64,000 nucleotides of DNA from Callorhinchus milii (lineage: Eukaryota), in assembly GCF_018977255.1 (NCBI RefSeq), contig NW_024704742.1, positions 84,632,001-84,696,000 on the forward strand. Reading direction: 5' to 3'. The stretch's first letter is position 1, and each line of letters starts with the position of its first letter. A model generated the notes under the pieces. That model ran no database searches. It saw nothing but the letters and a program-made list of their open reading frames with translations, and was not told the origin of the DNA. A program made the translations under genes and the position numbers. Below are positions 1 through 12,900 of this stretch, piece after piece.

Positions 1-170
1 CTCCTAAAATCCGATCATGCACAGAAACAAACTCCCTCCGAGCAGTTGTTTTGGTAAATGTTTTCATGAAAAATTGAAGTCTTGAAAGCTAGTACTTGAC
101 AATTATAATCTTTTTTTCCGGAACTTTGAAGTATGAAATTGAAGTTGAATACATCTCACCAACTTTGGTA

Positions 171-753
171 CCTTAACTCTCTCCTCGTCGGCCTTCCCGG
201 CACCTCCCTCCACAAGCTGCAGGTCATTCAGAACTCTGCAGCTCGTGTACTGTCCCGCACCAGGCTTCGGGACCACATCACTCCCACCCTCGCTCGCCTC
301 CACTGGCTCCCCATCCCCCAGAGGATCGAATTCAAGATCCTCATCCTCACCTACAAGGCCATTCACGGCCTCGCTCCCTCCTACCTCTCCAACCTACTAT
401 CCCCCTACTTACCTGCCCGTACCCTCCGTTCCTCTGCTCCACATCCCCCACCCTAACCGCCCTACCATCGGTGGCCGGGCCTTCAGCCTCTCAGCCCCTG
501 GGCTCTGGAACTCCATCCCCCAGGACCTTCGCCGCCTCCTCCCTTTCCTCCTTCAAGGCCGGTCTCAAGACCTTTCTCTTCAACCGTGCCTTCAGCTCCC
601 CTCTCGACTCTCTACCCCCTCCTCGCTCCCTCCCTTCCCTCCCCTCACCCTGACCATTTCCCCTCTGCTCGGGTCCCGACCCAACTGTCCAGCGCCTTGG
701 GATGTCCTCCCAACGTGAAAGGCGCGCTATAAATGCAATCTTGTTGTTGTTGT
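171..753 (+). mobile_element. L2-clade LINE, 5'-truncated 3' end
   Basis: ORF2 C-terminal peptide [48 protein letters not shown]; 3' stem-loop gacgtgaaaggcgc and (TTG)n tail. Confidence 0.9.
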
Positions 754-798
754 TAAGCTCTCTCCTGGAAGGTTTGCTTATGTTGTTTTCCTTCTCAG

Positions 799-944
799 AT
801 GTAAAGGTAAATGATGTTGTTCCATGGGTTCTGGATATAATCCTGAAGAAATACATTGTTAGTCCTAATTCCCATGTCCGCCAGGCTTCCTGTGTCTGGC
901 TTTTGTCACTGGTGAAAAAACTGAGTCAGCACAAGGAGATCAAG
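799..944 (+). CDS. ECPAS: ECPAS exon
   Basis: cag|ATGTAAAG...ATCAAG|gtcagt; [49 protein letters not shown]. Confidence 0.92.
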
Positions 945-3900
945 GTCAGTACATTTGTCTAATATATACTGTAGACATTTTCAAACTAGTTGTAGATATT
1001 CCATGGAAATTAGACTTCTCGATGAAAGATTCAATTCATCAACATTACATTCAGTTTTAAAGTGGCAAACAATCTCAAGGTAGTTATTTCGTGTAAACAT
1101 TTTGGTCATTGAAATAGTATTGCAGTTCAGTCAACTCAACTTTACAGAAGCTACCTAATGTAGCGCCTGTCTTAAAAAGCCCCCACCCTTGAACATTCAC
1201 ACTGGTCTAGGTAAGCTGTGTTCAATCGGCAGTGTGTTTCCATGTTTTTCTTGACATTTATTTTGTTGGCTGACCAAAAAGATTGGCATGATTGATCTAA
1301 AGAAACATACACGTGTAACATGACTGTTCATTTTTCTTCACAGTCTCATCTGAAGGAAATTCAGAGTGCATTCATTTCAGTTCTGTCTGAGAATGATGGT
1401 AAGTGCCTCTGGAGGGCTGCATGTTTAAACCTATCATAAGGTCACAGCTGAGTGAAATATAAAGGTCAAGTGAACTCATTGATTGTGTTACAACTTTAAT
1501 CTCACTGTTAAATATTGGATAGATAGGTGGCTCAGTTGGTAAACACTCTTACGTCCGAGTCAGAAGGTTGTAAGCCCCCCATACGGATTTTGAACTCAGT
1601 TTAGGCCGACTCTCCAATATAGTATTGGGAAGTGCGGCATAGTAGAATGCGCTGCTCTTAAAATGAGATGTTAAACTAAGGTCCTGTTTGCCTCTTTAGA
1701 TGGACATTAAAAATTCTACGGAGTCCAGTGTGCTGGCCTCAATCAATATTGTAATAAGAATAATAATAATAAAAAATAATAATCATTTCACCATCAACAG
1801 TAATGGACAGAGTTTGGGCAGTTTCAGTCCTATTACCAGTAGATGAGGATCCAGTTGAATACTTGCATAGACTGCCATTACAATAACAACTTGGATTTAT
1901 ATAGCGCCCTCCACGCCGGACGGCATCTCAGAGCGCTTTACAGTAACGGATCCTGGGACTGAGCCAGGGGGAGGGGGAGGAAGGTGACCAAAGGTGCAGT
2001 CAAAAAGAAAGGTCTTCTGCAGAGACCTGAAAATGGGAAGGGAGGGAGCGAGACGAAGGGAGTGAGTAAGGCAGTTCCAGAGCCTCGGGGCATAGTGGCT
2101 GAAGGCACGGCCGCCGAGGTTGGAGCGGAGGACTCGGGGGACGAGGAGGAGGCCAGACCCGGAGGAACGAAGGCAACGGGTACTGTTTTGAGGAGAGAGA
2201 AGTTCAGTAGAGGTAGGGGGATGCAGACCAGTGTAGCGACTTGAATACAAGGATGAGGATCTTGAAATCGAATACTAAAGCAGGATAGCAGCAGAGATGC
2301 TGGTGTGGAAAATTCATGTTCACATTTGAGGTTTGTCTCAAGGCATATTGTTGGGGAGCTGAAGATGGAGCTTTACATCTGACCATGCTACCATTGGAAG
2401 TATTCAAAGTTAACATTAAATAAATGGGCCAACGGACCCTTCTTCATCCAAACTTCTCAGAGTGTCATGCCAAATTGATGTTCATTAGAAATAATTTGAA
2501 CAAACTTTTTTAAGGTTAATCAACTAAAAAGTTAAACAAATGTTTCACAAATCATATGAGCATCCATCGGTGCCCTTTATAGCTGTTCCACAACTTCCAA
2601 AGATTTAATTTTGTTTGTAATATGTTCCTGCCACGGCCACTTAAACAGATTCACTGAAACTGATTTATTTTTCTGCCTAACATTGCAGAGCTGAGCCAAG
2701 ATGTTGCTTCCAAAGGTCTTGGATTGGTATATGAACTGGGCAGTGAACAGGATCAACGGGAATTAGTATCCATTCTTGTGGAAACACTTATGACTGGGAA
2801 AAGGTAAGCGTTAGTCACACAATTTGCGTATTTTGAATGAGGCTTAAACAACATAGAAGTACCAGTACTCTAACTCTGAAGAGTTAACTGGGATTTCCAT
2901 GTGTAGGTGGGATGCATTGAAATCTCAGTTCGGTTCGGATACTCTTACGCATGGTGATGGGTTTCCACATGTGTCAAGACACCCGGCTGACCCAAAGAAA
3001 AAGTCAACAAGAAATCCTTGAATATGGTCATCAAAGTGTGCGGTATTTCTGCATTGAAATTTAAATGTTCAAACGGGTAAATACCATGAGATACTCGGCT
3101 TTATAAATAGGGACATAGTATACAAAAGTCAGGAGGTTATAATGAACCTTTATGAAACCTTGGTTGGCCTCAGCTAGAGACTGTGTTCAGTTCTGGGCAA
3201 CACACTTTAGGAAGGATGTCAAGGCCTTGGAGATTTAGCAGGATAGTACCAGGAATGAAGGACTTCAGTTATGAGGAGAGGCTAGAAAAGCTAGGATTAT
3301 TCTCCTTGGAGCAGAGAAGGTGATTTAATAGAGGTGTTCAAAATTATGAGGGAATTCGATAGGGTGAACAAGGAGAAACTATTTTCACTGGCAGGTAGGT
3401 CGGTAACCCAAGGACACCGATTTAAAATAGTTGTTAAAAGAAACAGAGGGGAGGTGAGGAGAAATTGTTTCACTCAGCGAGTTGTTCGGATTTGGAATGC
3501 ATTGCCTGAAAGGGTGGTGGAAGACGATTCGATAATAACTTTCAAGAGAGCAGTAGATAGATATTTGAGGATGATAAATTTATAGGGGTATGGGGAGAGC
3601 ACGGGGGAGTGGGATTAATTTGGACAGCTTTTTGGACATTCATTTGGACAGCTCTTTCAAAGAGCTGGCATGTCACGATGGGCCAAACGGTTTCCTTCTG
3701 TGCTGTGTGATTCTATGAACTTAATGACTTGTGCCCTCTTTGAACTCTTGTTCGCTGTATTTCAATTGTCATTTGTTTCAGATGTAAGCCACATTTCTAT
3801 TTAATTGCAAGTTGCGATATTGGTTGGGTTAATGCCTTCAGGTTTAGGGTTGAAACAGGCAATTTCAGGACAAACACCAGGAAGTATTTCCTTTACCCAA

Positions 3901-6900
3901 AGCGTAATTGGCATGGAAAGCCTGATGCTGTGATGAGAGGACGAGTATTCTAGTAGGATGAGATCAGATGGACTGAAGGGACCTCTTCATCTGAATGCCT
4001 TATGTGAGCTTTTACTGAAACATTATTTCCTGTTTTAGGACAAAGCAACGTCTTACAGAAGAAACTGAAGTGTTTCAAGGAACTTCACTGGGAAAGACTC
4101 CTGATGGGTAAGAAATATTAGAAATTCTGCTTTACATGGTTTGGAAGTATCAGATGGGATGATCAGTGCCTGAGTTGTGCTTGAATGATTTGTTTTTTGA
4201 TACAATTGAATATTTTCAGCAGAGCAGCAAGATGGTTTTTAACAAAACCCTATTGTAGAACTCAGCTTTGCACTGAATGATACATTATTTTTTTATTTTG
4301 AGTGTGAAATCAGATTTAGAACGTTTTCCTACAGAAAATTAATTTCTGTAAAATTGGAATCACATTTATCTTAACAGGCTATTAAATAATCATTTTTAAT
4401 TTCTTATAATAGTTGATAAACTGGAAACTCACTTACAGCTATATAATTAGCTGTGTCTTCTGTCTTCCAAGCTTCTGTCTTCCAAGCCTCCTGCGCACAA
4501 CTCGACTTTCCAAAATCTTGATGAGCTGCTCCTTAATGTTATACAACTTTGCTGAGCTGGATAGAAATTCTAATAGTGACCCTCCCACCCAGCCCACAGC
4601 CACACATACAGTAATTTTCATTTGGAGTAACGCAAGCCTCAAAGTAATAACATTTATTGTGCTTTCCAGCAGTATGAGCAATAATGTGTGTAGGATCACA
4701 TGGCAAAGAGGAAGTGGAGCTGTTTGTGTATTGTTTAATTGTGGTATGGCAGGTTCATTGCTAGCATTTCCACATGTACTGAGTTGGTAATTTTAACAGA
4801 GATATCTCGGAATGGGTTTCCCATTGGAACAGAAGGGAAAATCTTAAAACAACAGTGGAATATGTAGAAAATAGGGGATGAATAAGTGCAAATGAAATTG
4901 CATCTAGAGGAGCAGCAATCATCCCAATGTTGTCTTTCAAAACATTTAGAAAATGTCTAACTGTATTTTGGACTGAAACTTTCTGAGACATCCCAAGTTA
5001 TCTCTTCCTTTCCATGCCCCCGCCCCGTGTCACTTGCATATGGTAGTGTTGTTCAGGGTTCATTCTTCCATCCACTTTTGAGTGACACCAGCGTATGCAT
5101 GTTGTTGGAGATCTGTGTACCTCACACCAAAGACAGTAATTGACTATTTTTCTTCTTTTTAAAACTCTTTCACCAGACAGGGATTGTCCACTTACAAAGA
5201 GCTCTGTGCGCTCGCCAGTGATCTTAATCAACCTGATCTTGTTTATAAGTTTATGAACTTAGCTAATCACCATGCCATGTGGAATTCACGAAAGGTAAAT
5301 TACTTGTTTACAATGTGTTTGTGATGTGTGTAAATGTATTTTTTTTAAAAATGTCACCTTAAAGTCTGATCCTATGGGTCCTCTGTGTTAATGTAACAGT
5401 AGAAGGTGGCAGTGATGGTATTCTTACATTGCTATGTTTTGTCCTTCCAGGGTGCTGCTTTTGGTTTTAACATTATAGCAACCAAGGCTGGAGAGCAGCT
5501 GGCTCCTTACTTACCACAACTTATCCCTCGTCTTTATCGATATCAGTTTGACCCAAATGCTGGAATCCGCCAAGCTATGACCAGTATCTGGAATGCGCTT
5601 GTCACGGATAAAAATGCTGTAAGTGTGGAACTATTATATCAGATCAAGGTGTAGAGTATTCATACTGAGTTTTCTGGTACCCTCTTTTAAACTGTTGATT
5701 CAGTGCAGAAAATTGACATTAAGGTGCAGTATAAATGGGGTTTATGGGTAGCATTTTATTCTAAGCCGTGCTGCAAAACTACTTCATCGAGGTGATGATG
5801 ATAATCTTTGAATTTTGTATAAGGCCTTATCGCAATGTCAGTGTCGCAAAGCACATCGCAAGATTTTCCTGCAAAGTGTAGTGACTGTGTATTTATAGGC
5901 GGTGCAATCTTTTGGAAATCAGTCAATGTTCCAATGCAAATTGGGTTTTACTCTGACCAATTTCAAGCAAACATTTTATTATTGGAAACATTTAAAAGTA
6001 AATTGGACTTGTACATTTTCTTAAAAAAAGCCTAGTCTTGTGTATGTACAACTAAATGCTGGTGGGAGAACTCTCTACATTGAGAGAACCAATTTCACAG
6101 CAATTAAGGGTATTCCACAGTAGCTAATCATACTTTCTTTTCAACAGACAGACAAATACTTGAAGGAGATTCTTCGGGATTTAATAAACAACCTGACCAG
6201 CAATCTGTGGAGGGTTCGTGAATCCAGGTATTTAATGTTAACTGTCACTGAACTGATGACTTGTCTTATGTAAAGGAATAGTCAAATCACAGGAGCGTAA
6301 ATGCCAAACAATTCATCCCAATAACAACAAATTACATTTGCATAGCATTTTTCATATCAAGAAGACATCCCAGGCTCTGGATGGTCAGGGATTTGGACCC
6401 GAGCTGGAGGTTGGGATCAGGAGTCGTGAAGGATAGGGCGGATAGTGGTAAGAGGGTGACCAAATGCACGGTCGAAGAGGAGGGAGCAAGGCGAAAGGAC
6501 TGGGTTGGAGTTCCAAAGGGTGGGGCAGAGAGACTGTAGGCTCGACAACTTATGGTGGGGCGGCCGGGCAGGTGACATGGAGCAGGATTGAACCTGCTGA
6601 GTGGAAGGAGCAAACAGGTTGATATGGTGTTAGCAGGTAACAGGCCGGAAGGAGCAAAGCCGTGGAGGGCTTTGAAGGCGAGGCTGAGGATTTTGATCTA
6701 TCCACTGGGGGATGGGTAGCCAATGTAGCCGGGCGAGGATGGGGGTGATGGGTCACGGAGCCTGGTGCAAGCCAAAGCTCTAACTGGTCTAAGTGGTCTT
6801 AGCTGGACAAGCATCCCCTATGTAACTAGCATTCATTATTTATCTCAGCCATTATATTTGGTAAATAGCTATTTTTAAAAAATCCTATGGTCTACTGCTA

Positions 6901-9900
6901 GTTGTTAATGAGATTTATTTTCACTTTAAACTGCTTTCCAACAAAAGGAAAGAAAATGTAACTAGTATGTTAAATACTAGGTGAATGCAATGTTCCCAAG
7001 ACACATTTGGTTTATTAGTTTTATTTGTTTTTATTCAAAGGCATGGAGATCAGCTTTAAACAGGAGTTAAATTCTAATTGTCATATGGCTTATGTGTTTT
7101 GGATCATTGTTACTGCATAAACATGTTTTCTTACAGTATAGTGAAGTGGAGTAAAACTTTGGTTTGAATGATATTGCAGTGTTAATACAAATTGGTAGTG
7201 TGTTATCAATCGATCATACGTATAGCAAAGAAAGGTAACTTTAGTTATCTAGGCCGTTAGCCCTAGCAGTGAATTCAGTGGGAAGTATCTCAGCCTCTAG
7301 TGACTGGTCTGGCACTCCAAATCCTATTGATAAGCCAGACTGGCTGGTCTGCCATCAGTAGTGCCCTTAGCCAGTGTACTCTAGGGCACTACTGATGGCA
7401 GCCCAACCAGTCTGGCTCATTGGCAGGACTTGAAAGGGCAAATAAGTTACTGGGAAAAAGGATTCTTCCCTCTCATCTCCTATTAACCCTGCAAGCTAAA
7501 GCCGTAACTGGTTTGATGGTCCTCATTGAACAAGCCGTAAGAAAGCTTGCAAGACAGTGCTTTCAATCGCAAGCTATGCAGTTTCTGCATATATTAAATA
7601 AGGAATTTTGCCAATTTTACCCCTATTTCTAAAATGAGTGATTCCATTAATTGTACTATTCACATAGTTTTTCATTACTTTTAGTTGTTTAGCAATTAAT
7701 GACCTGCTCCGGGGGAGACAAGTGGATGAAATTATTGACCAGCTTCCAGAAATATGGGAAACACTTTTCCGAGTGCGTGATGATATCAAGGTACACAAGT
7801 TAGCTTCAGATATTCTTCAGTAAGCTGGGTTTGGAAGGGACAAATTCATTTTAACTTAATGTATGGTTTGGGATTGCCTTAGTCATCCCTGTTTAAAATT
7901 AGAAGCAACATTTTTTTAAAAATGTTTAAAAGTTAGACGTAGTAAATTTAATTAATATTGACTTGGAACTTTTTATTAATTCTTTGACAGGAGTCGGTCC
8001 GCAAAGCTGCAGACCATGCACTTAAAACTCTGAGTAAGGTAAGTATTTGGCATATATTGAATGTAATTTACTTTTATTAAACACTTTTCCATGTTAATCA
8101 AAAGCTGGAATCTAATTTTGGAGTCCCGTAGCATAGTGGATAGCGCACTCGCCTCACAAGCGAGAGGATCCAAGTTCAATTCCTAGGATCCAAGTTCGAA
8201 ATGTTGGGCAAGTTTCCGTATTCCACACGCCTCTGTTTACGCCTCTGTTTACCTAGCCGTAAGTAGGAACCCAATTGTTAGTCGATTGGCGGATCGCTTT
8301 TCCAGGGGTAATAATTCCTTAAACAAAATACAGTCAATTCACTTTGTACAACAACAACAATAAGATTCCATTTATTGAGCGCCTTTCACGTCGGGAGGAC
8401 ATCCCAAGGCGCTGTACAGTTGGGTCAGGACCTGAGCAGGGGGGAAATGGTCAGGGTGAGGGGAGGGAAGGGAGGGAGCGAGGAGGGGGGAAATGGTCAG
8501 GGTGAGGGGAGGGAAGGGAGGGGTGAGGAGGGGGTAGAGAGTCGAGAGGGGAGCTGAAGGCACGGTCAAAGAGAAAGGTCTTGAGACCGGCCTTGAAGGA
8601 GGAAAGGGAGGAGGCGGCGAAGGCACTGGGGGATGGAGTTGCAGAGCCTCGGGGCTGAGAGGCTGAAGGCCCGGCCACCGATGGTAGGGCGGTTGGGGCG
8701 GGGGATGTGGAGCAGACCGGAGCCAGAGGAACGGAGGGTACGGGCAGGTAGGTAGGGGGATAGTAAGTCAGAGAGGTAGGAGGGAGCGAGGCCGTGAATG
8801 GCCTTGTAGGTGAGGGTGAGGATCTTGAATTCGATCCTCTGGGGGATGGGGAGCCAGTGGAGGCGAGCGAGGGTGGGAGTGATGTGGTCCCGAAGCCTGG
8901 TGCGGGACAGTACACGAGCTGCAGAGTTCTGAATGACCTGCAGCTTGTGGAGGGAGGTGCCGGGAGGAGAGGCGAGGAGAGAGTTCCCATAGTCCAGCCT
9001 TGAGGTGATAAAGGCGTGGACCAGAGTTTCAGCAACGTGAGGGGTGAGGTAATGCCGTAGTCTGGCGATGTTCCGGAGGTGATGGAAGGCGGTGCCAGTT
9101 GTGATGCGGATATGAGGAAGAAAGGACAGCTCAGGGTCGAACAGAACCCCGAGGTTCCTGACCGGCTTTCAGAGGTGGAGAGTGCAGCCTTGGATGCTGA
9201 TGCTGTTAGCGCCTAGTAGTAGTACCTAGTTTATAGTATATTCTGCGCCTCGTTTATAATATATTCTGTGAAGCACTCAATGGTACTACATCAAATGCAA
9301 GGATTATTATTATTTTTATTATTACACCAACGTGGCCATGTTTTTGTGAGGTGGAGCGAAGAGCAGCCAAAGAAAATTAATGTTAGCTTATGTCCTAACA
9401 GTTGTTTTCTGTGTAGGTGTGTGTGCGCATGTGTGATCCATCCAATGGTGCAGCTGGTCAGCGAGCTATTGCTGTTCTCTTGCCTTGCTTACTCGACAAA
9501 GGTATTATGAGTGACGTAGCTGAAGTTCGATCTCAGAGGTATGTATCCAGTTATAAAGAGCCTCTAATTCAGTGGTGGCCAACCACAGGCACACATGCCA
9601 CAAGGTGGCAGCACACCCTTACTAGTGGCAGGGAACACATGTTATGACTGGAGGCCACTGTGTGGAGGTTGCTGCTCCCCATGCCCCCTCCTGTGCCGGA
9701 GTCACTAGGAGCCGACTGTGCTCAAGATGATGAGGAAGGCTAGGCCGAGGCGACGGCAGTTTTACGTGTGTGTCTAGCCTCGGAATGACCTTGGACCCTC
9801 CCACTCAGTCCATACCTTCCTCTGGGTCAGCAGGAAGTGATGGGAGGGGGGGGAAACGTGGTGGGTGTGTGCATGTGTTACTAACTGTGTGTGTCCCAAG

Positions 9901-12900
9901 TACCTGACACACAGGGAGGTGGACATTTTGCTGTATTTGCAAAACTCCTCCATTTTCCACTTGTGTTTTGCACTATAAAAAAACTTTTTTTTAACTTCTG
10001 TGTATATTAATAATAATAATGATCATAATAATAAATGATGCGTTGGGTTGCTTTCAGACATTCTTGATTAAATAGGTGCTATAAATAATGAAGTACCTCA
10101 TTGTAAGGTGATTGTTGGCATCTGTAGATCCTAGACCCTTGGAACGTCCTCCCAACGTGAAAGGCACTATACAATGTAATCTTGTTGTTGTTGTAGACCC
10201 CCCACCTCCCACCATAACAAGGCGATAGTTGTTCTTCACTCACATGCTCCCTTCCTGCAGGCTGGCCAGTTCACACTCTTTATTAAAGAAAAAAGTGACA
10301 TCAAGCTGCTTGTGCCCCTACCTACTCACACTCATTCTCGGCCCCCTCCTTTTCCTCATCAACATGCTCCCTCTTGGCAGTATCATTCACAGATGTAGGG
10401 TTAACTTCCGCATCATGCAGGCGATACCTAAATCTGCTTTTACATTTCCAGTCTTGATTCCAGGTCCATTGATTTTCTGTCCACTTATCTAGGCGCCTGC
10501 CAACATTCCTCTCTTCCAGCTCTGACCTCCTGAACCTCCCTGGTTCTCTCTCAAACTTTCCGAACCAGTGGCAACCTTGACACTTGGTTCCAGTCCCAGC
10601 TTTCCTTTTCCCCTCACATCCGGTCCCTCAACAAGATCGCCTTCCTTCACCTCTGGGATACCAGTCTGCACCCATATTTGACACCCAATGCCACTCAATT
10701 ACACTTTTATCCCATCTTCCTTGGACTTTTCCAACACACACTTCACTCATCTCCCTGGCACCACCATTCATATGCTCTGCATGTACAGCATGCAGCAACC
10801 TAATAACCTGAAAGTCAGCAATTTTAGTGTGAGAGTCAGCTGGCACAAGTTAGCCAAATATATGCAGTAACTGACATCCACATCCCAATAGTGTTATAAA
10901 CAGATCAATACTATAAAGTAGTAATAGGGTGGCACTATTATTAGTTATGCATCATTGCACTTAGTCATTTTAAAAACCTCAATAATCAAGTAAGTAACTT
11001 GACAGTATGTGCACTTATTATAAGCTCACCAGTGCTAATGATGAGTGTCTGTAATTTTCCAAGTTGGATCACAAAATTGACACTCTTGTTTATAATAATG
11101 GTTCTGTTTCCTTCTGTTTGTAGTATTAACACCCTTGTGAAAATTAGCAAAAGTGCAGGTGCACTGTTAAAACCACATGCACCACGACTTATTCCTGCTT
11201 TGTTGGAGTCTTTAAGCGTTCTCGAGCCACAATTCCTGAATTACTTGAGCCTACGTGCCACAGAACAAGAGAAGGTAAAGTGTAATATCCAAAGTTTGCA
11301 TTGTACAGAATATTGTGACTTTGAATGAATCATCTAATCAAGTGAACGTCTTTTTTCTTTTTATAATTGGTACCAGACTGCAATGGACAGTGCCAGACTA
11401 AGCGCTGCTAAATCTTCTCCAATGATGGAAACCATCAACATGGTAGGTGTGAAAAGAGCCAAGTAGGTACAAAGCAATTTAAGATTTTAAAAAAACAAAT
11501 GAAAATACCTTGACTGTGGAGTGAGTTAATATTTTCCTTTCTAGGCTAATCTTCTGATAAATTTCATGAAATCCTAGCTAACATTATTCACCAAAACGCA
11601 AAATACTGCAGAAGCTGGAGTTCTGACGATGGGTCATGGACTCAAAACGGTGACTCACTTTCCTTTCTCCATAGATACTGCCTGACCTGCTGAGTGTTCC
11701 CAGTGACTTCTGTTTTTGTACATCAATTTTGCCCCTTTAACAAATCTTAACAAATCATTTTCTCTCCGTGGTAAATGTGTATTCAAGGAACCCTTTGAAG
11801 AGGTATTATATGCCATTACTTAATTGTGTCGTGTAAATGTTCTTCAAATGTGAATTATGAGGAATTAAGCTTTTTTTTTAAGTAGTAATAAGTAGTATTC
11901 ATGGTTGGTATCTTTATTTTATAGTGTCTCCAGCATTTGGATGTGTCTGTCCTGGGAGCTCTTGTTCCCAAACTCTGTGAACTGCTAAAGAGTGGAGTAG
12001 GTCTTGGAACCAAAGTGAGTATTAAAAGATTCCACTTCTTCACAGGTGAACAACCCACATGAAATTTTAAAAAACTGCAAGAGGGTTATGTCAGATCAGA
12101 GATGTTATTTGTTCCATGCATACTCATCACTCAGTATTTTTAATGTAGAAACCTATTGTGTTTTTTAAAACCAGTGAACACATTTCCTATGACTAGGCTT
12201 CAGATATTGATGAGTGGCTATTCAGCATATTCCCAGGACCACTTCCATGGTCTAATGTGTGGCATCTACTGAAGATAGTGACAGATTTTACTTAAATGCA
12301 CCCCACAATTGAACAGCCTGACAATACTATGATCTGTTCAGAATTGCAGTGAAGAATGACCACTCAGTTAAGGTTGTGGAAAGATACCAGCCTTAGTAAA
12401 ATACCACAGCAGCTGTCCATTTTTCAGGAGAAGAAAATAGAAAAAATAAGTATGCCATTCATACCACCTGTTTCTTAGTTAACAAAAATGAATTTTGAGA
12501 CTAAAAATTAACATTTTTGTGGGTAATCTTCAGTACTTTGTTATCCTTATTTAGGATTTCTCATGTTTAGTGAAAACTGACTGAACTGGATTAGAGAGCA
12601 GCAGGCAATAACGAGTTCATCAAGCCAAAAAAGGCTCATTCATCACATCTGTGTTGCAGCTTAATAATCCGAATCCTTTTAATTTCCAGGAATTTGCCTA
12701 TTTCGGTTTGAAAGTCTTTATAGTTTCTTGTTCCATTACCTGTGCTGGTACAGTGGAGCCCCATTCTAACATTGTGAATAGGATTCATAAAAACCTAACC
12801 TGTTCTATTGCAATGTATCATTTTAAAATCTCTCAGCTTGTACATTATCCCTTAACTGTATATTGTGCTCTTAACTGTACATTCCAACATTTTGAAATGT

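Noticed and set aside
133..856. Overlapping 100-190-aa ORFs here and at 8451-9035, 33239-35818, 48936-49502, 55430-56089
   Set aside because: They are frames of L2 LINE fragments (ORF2 remnants or their C-rich alternative frames), not host genes.
5171..6151. Tandem AG acceptors 4 nt apart at two ECPAS exons (cag|ACAG at 5177 and 6148)
   Set aside because: Use of the downstream AG would frameshift; such motifs are common and there is no evidence of use from sequence alone.
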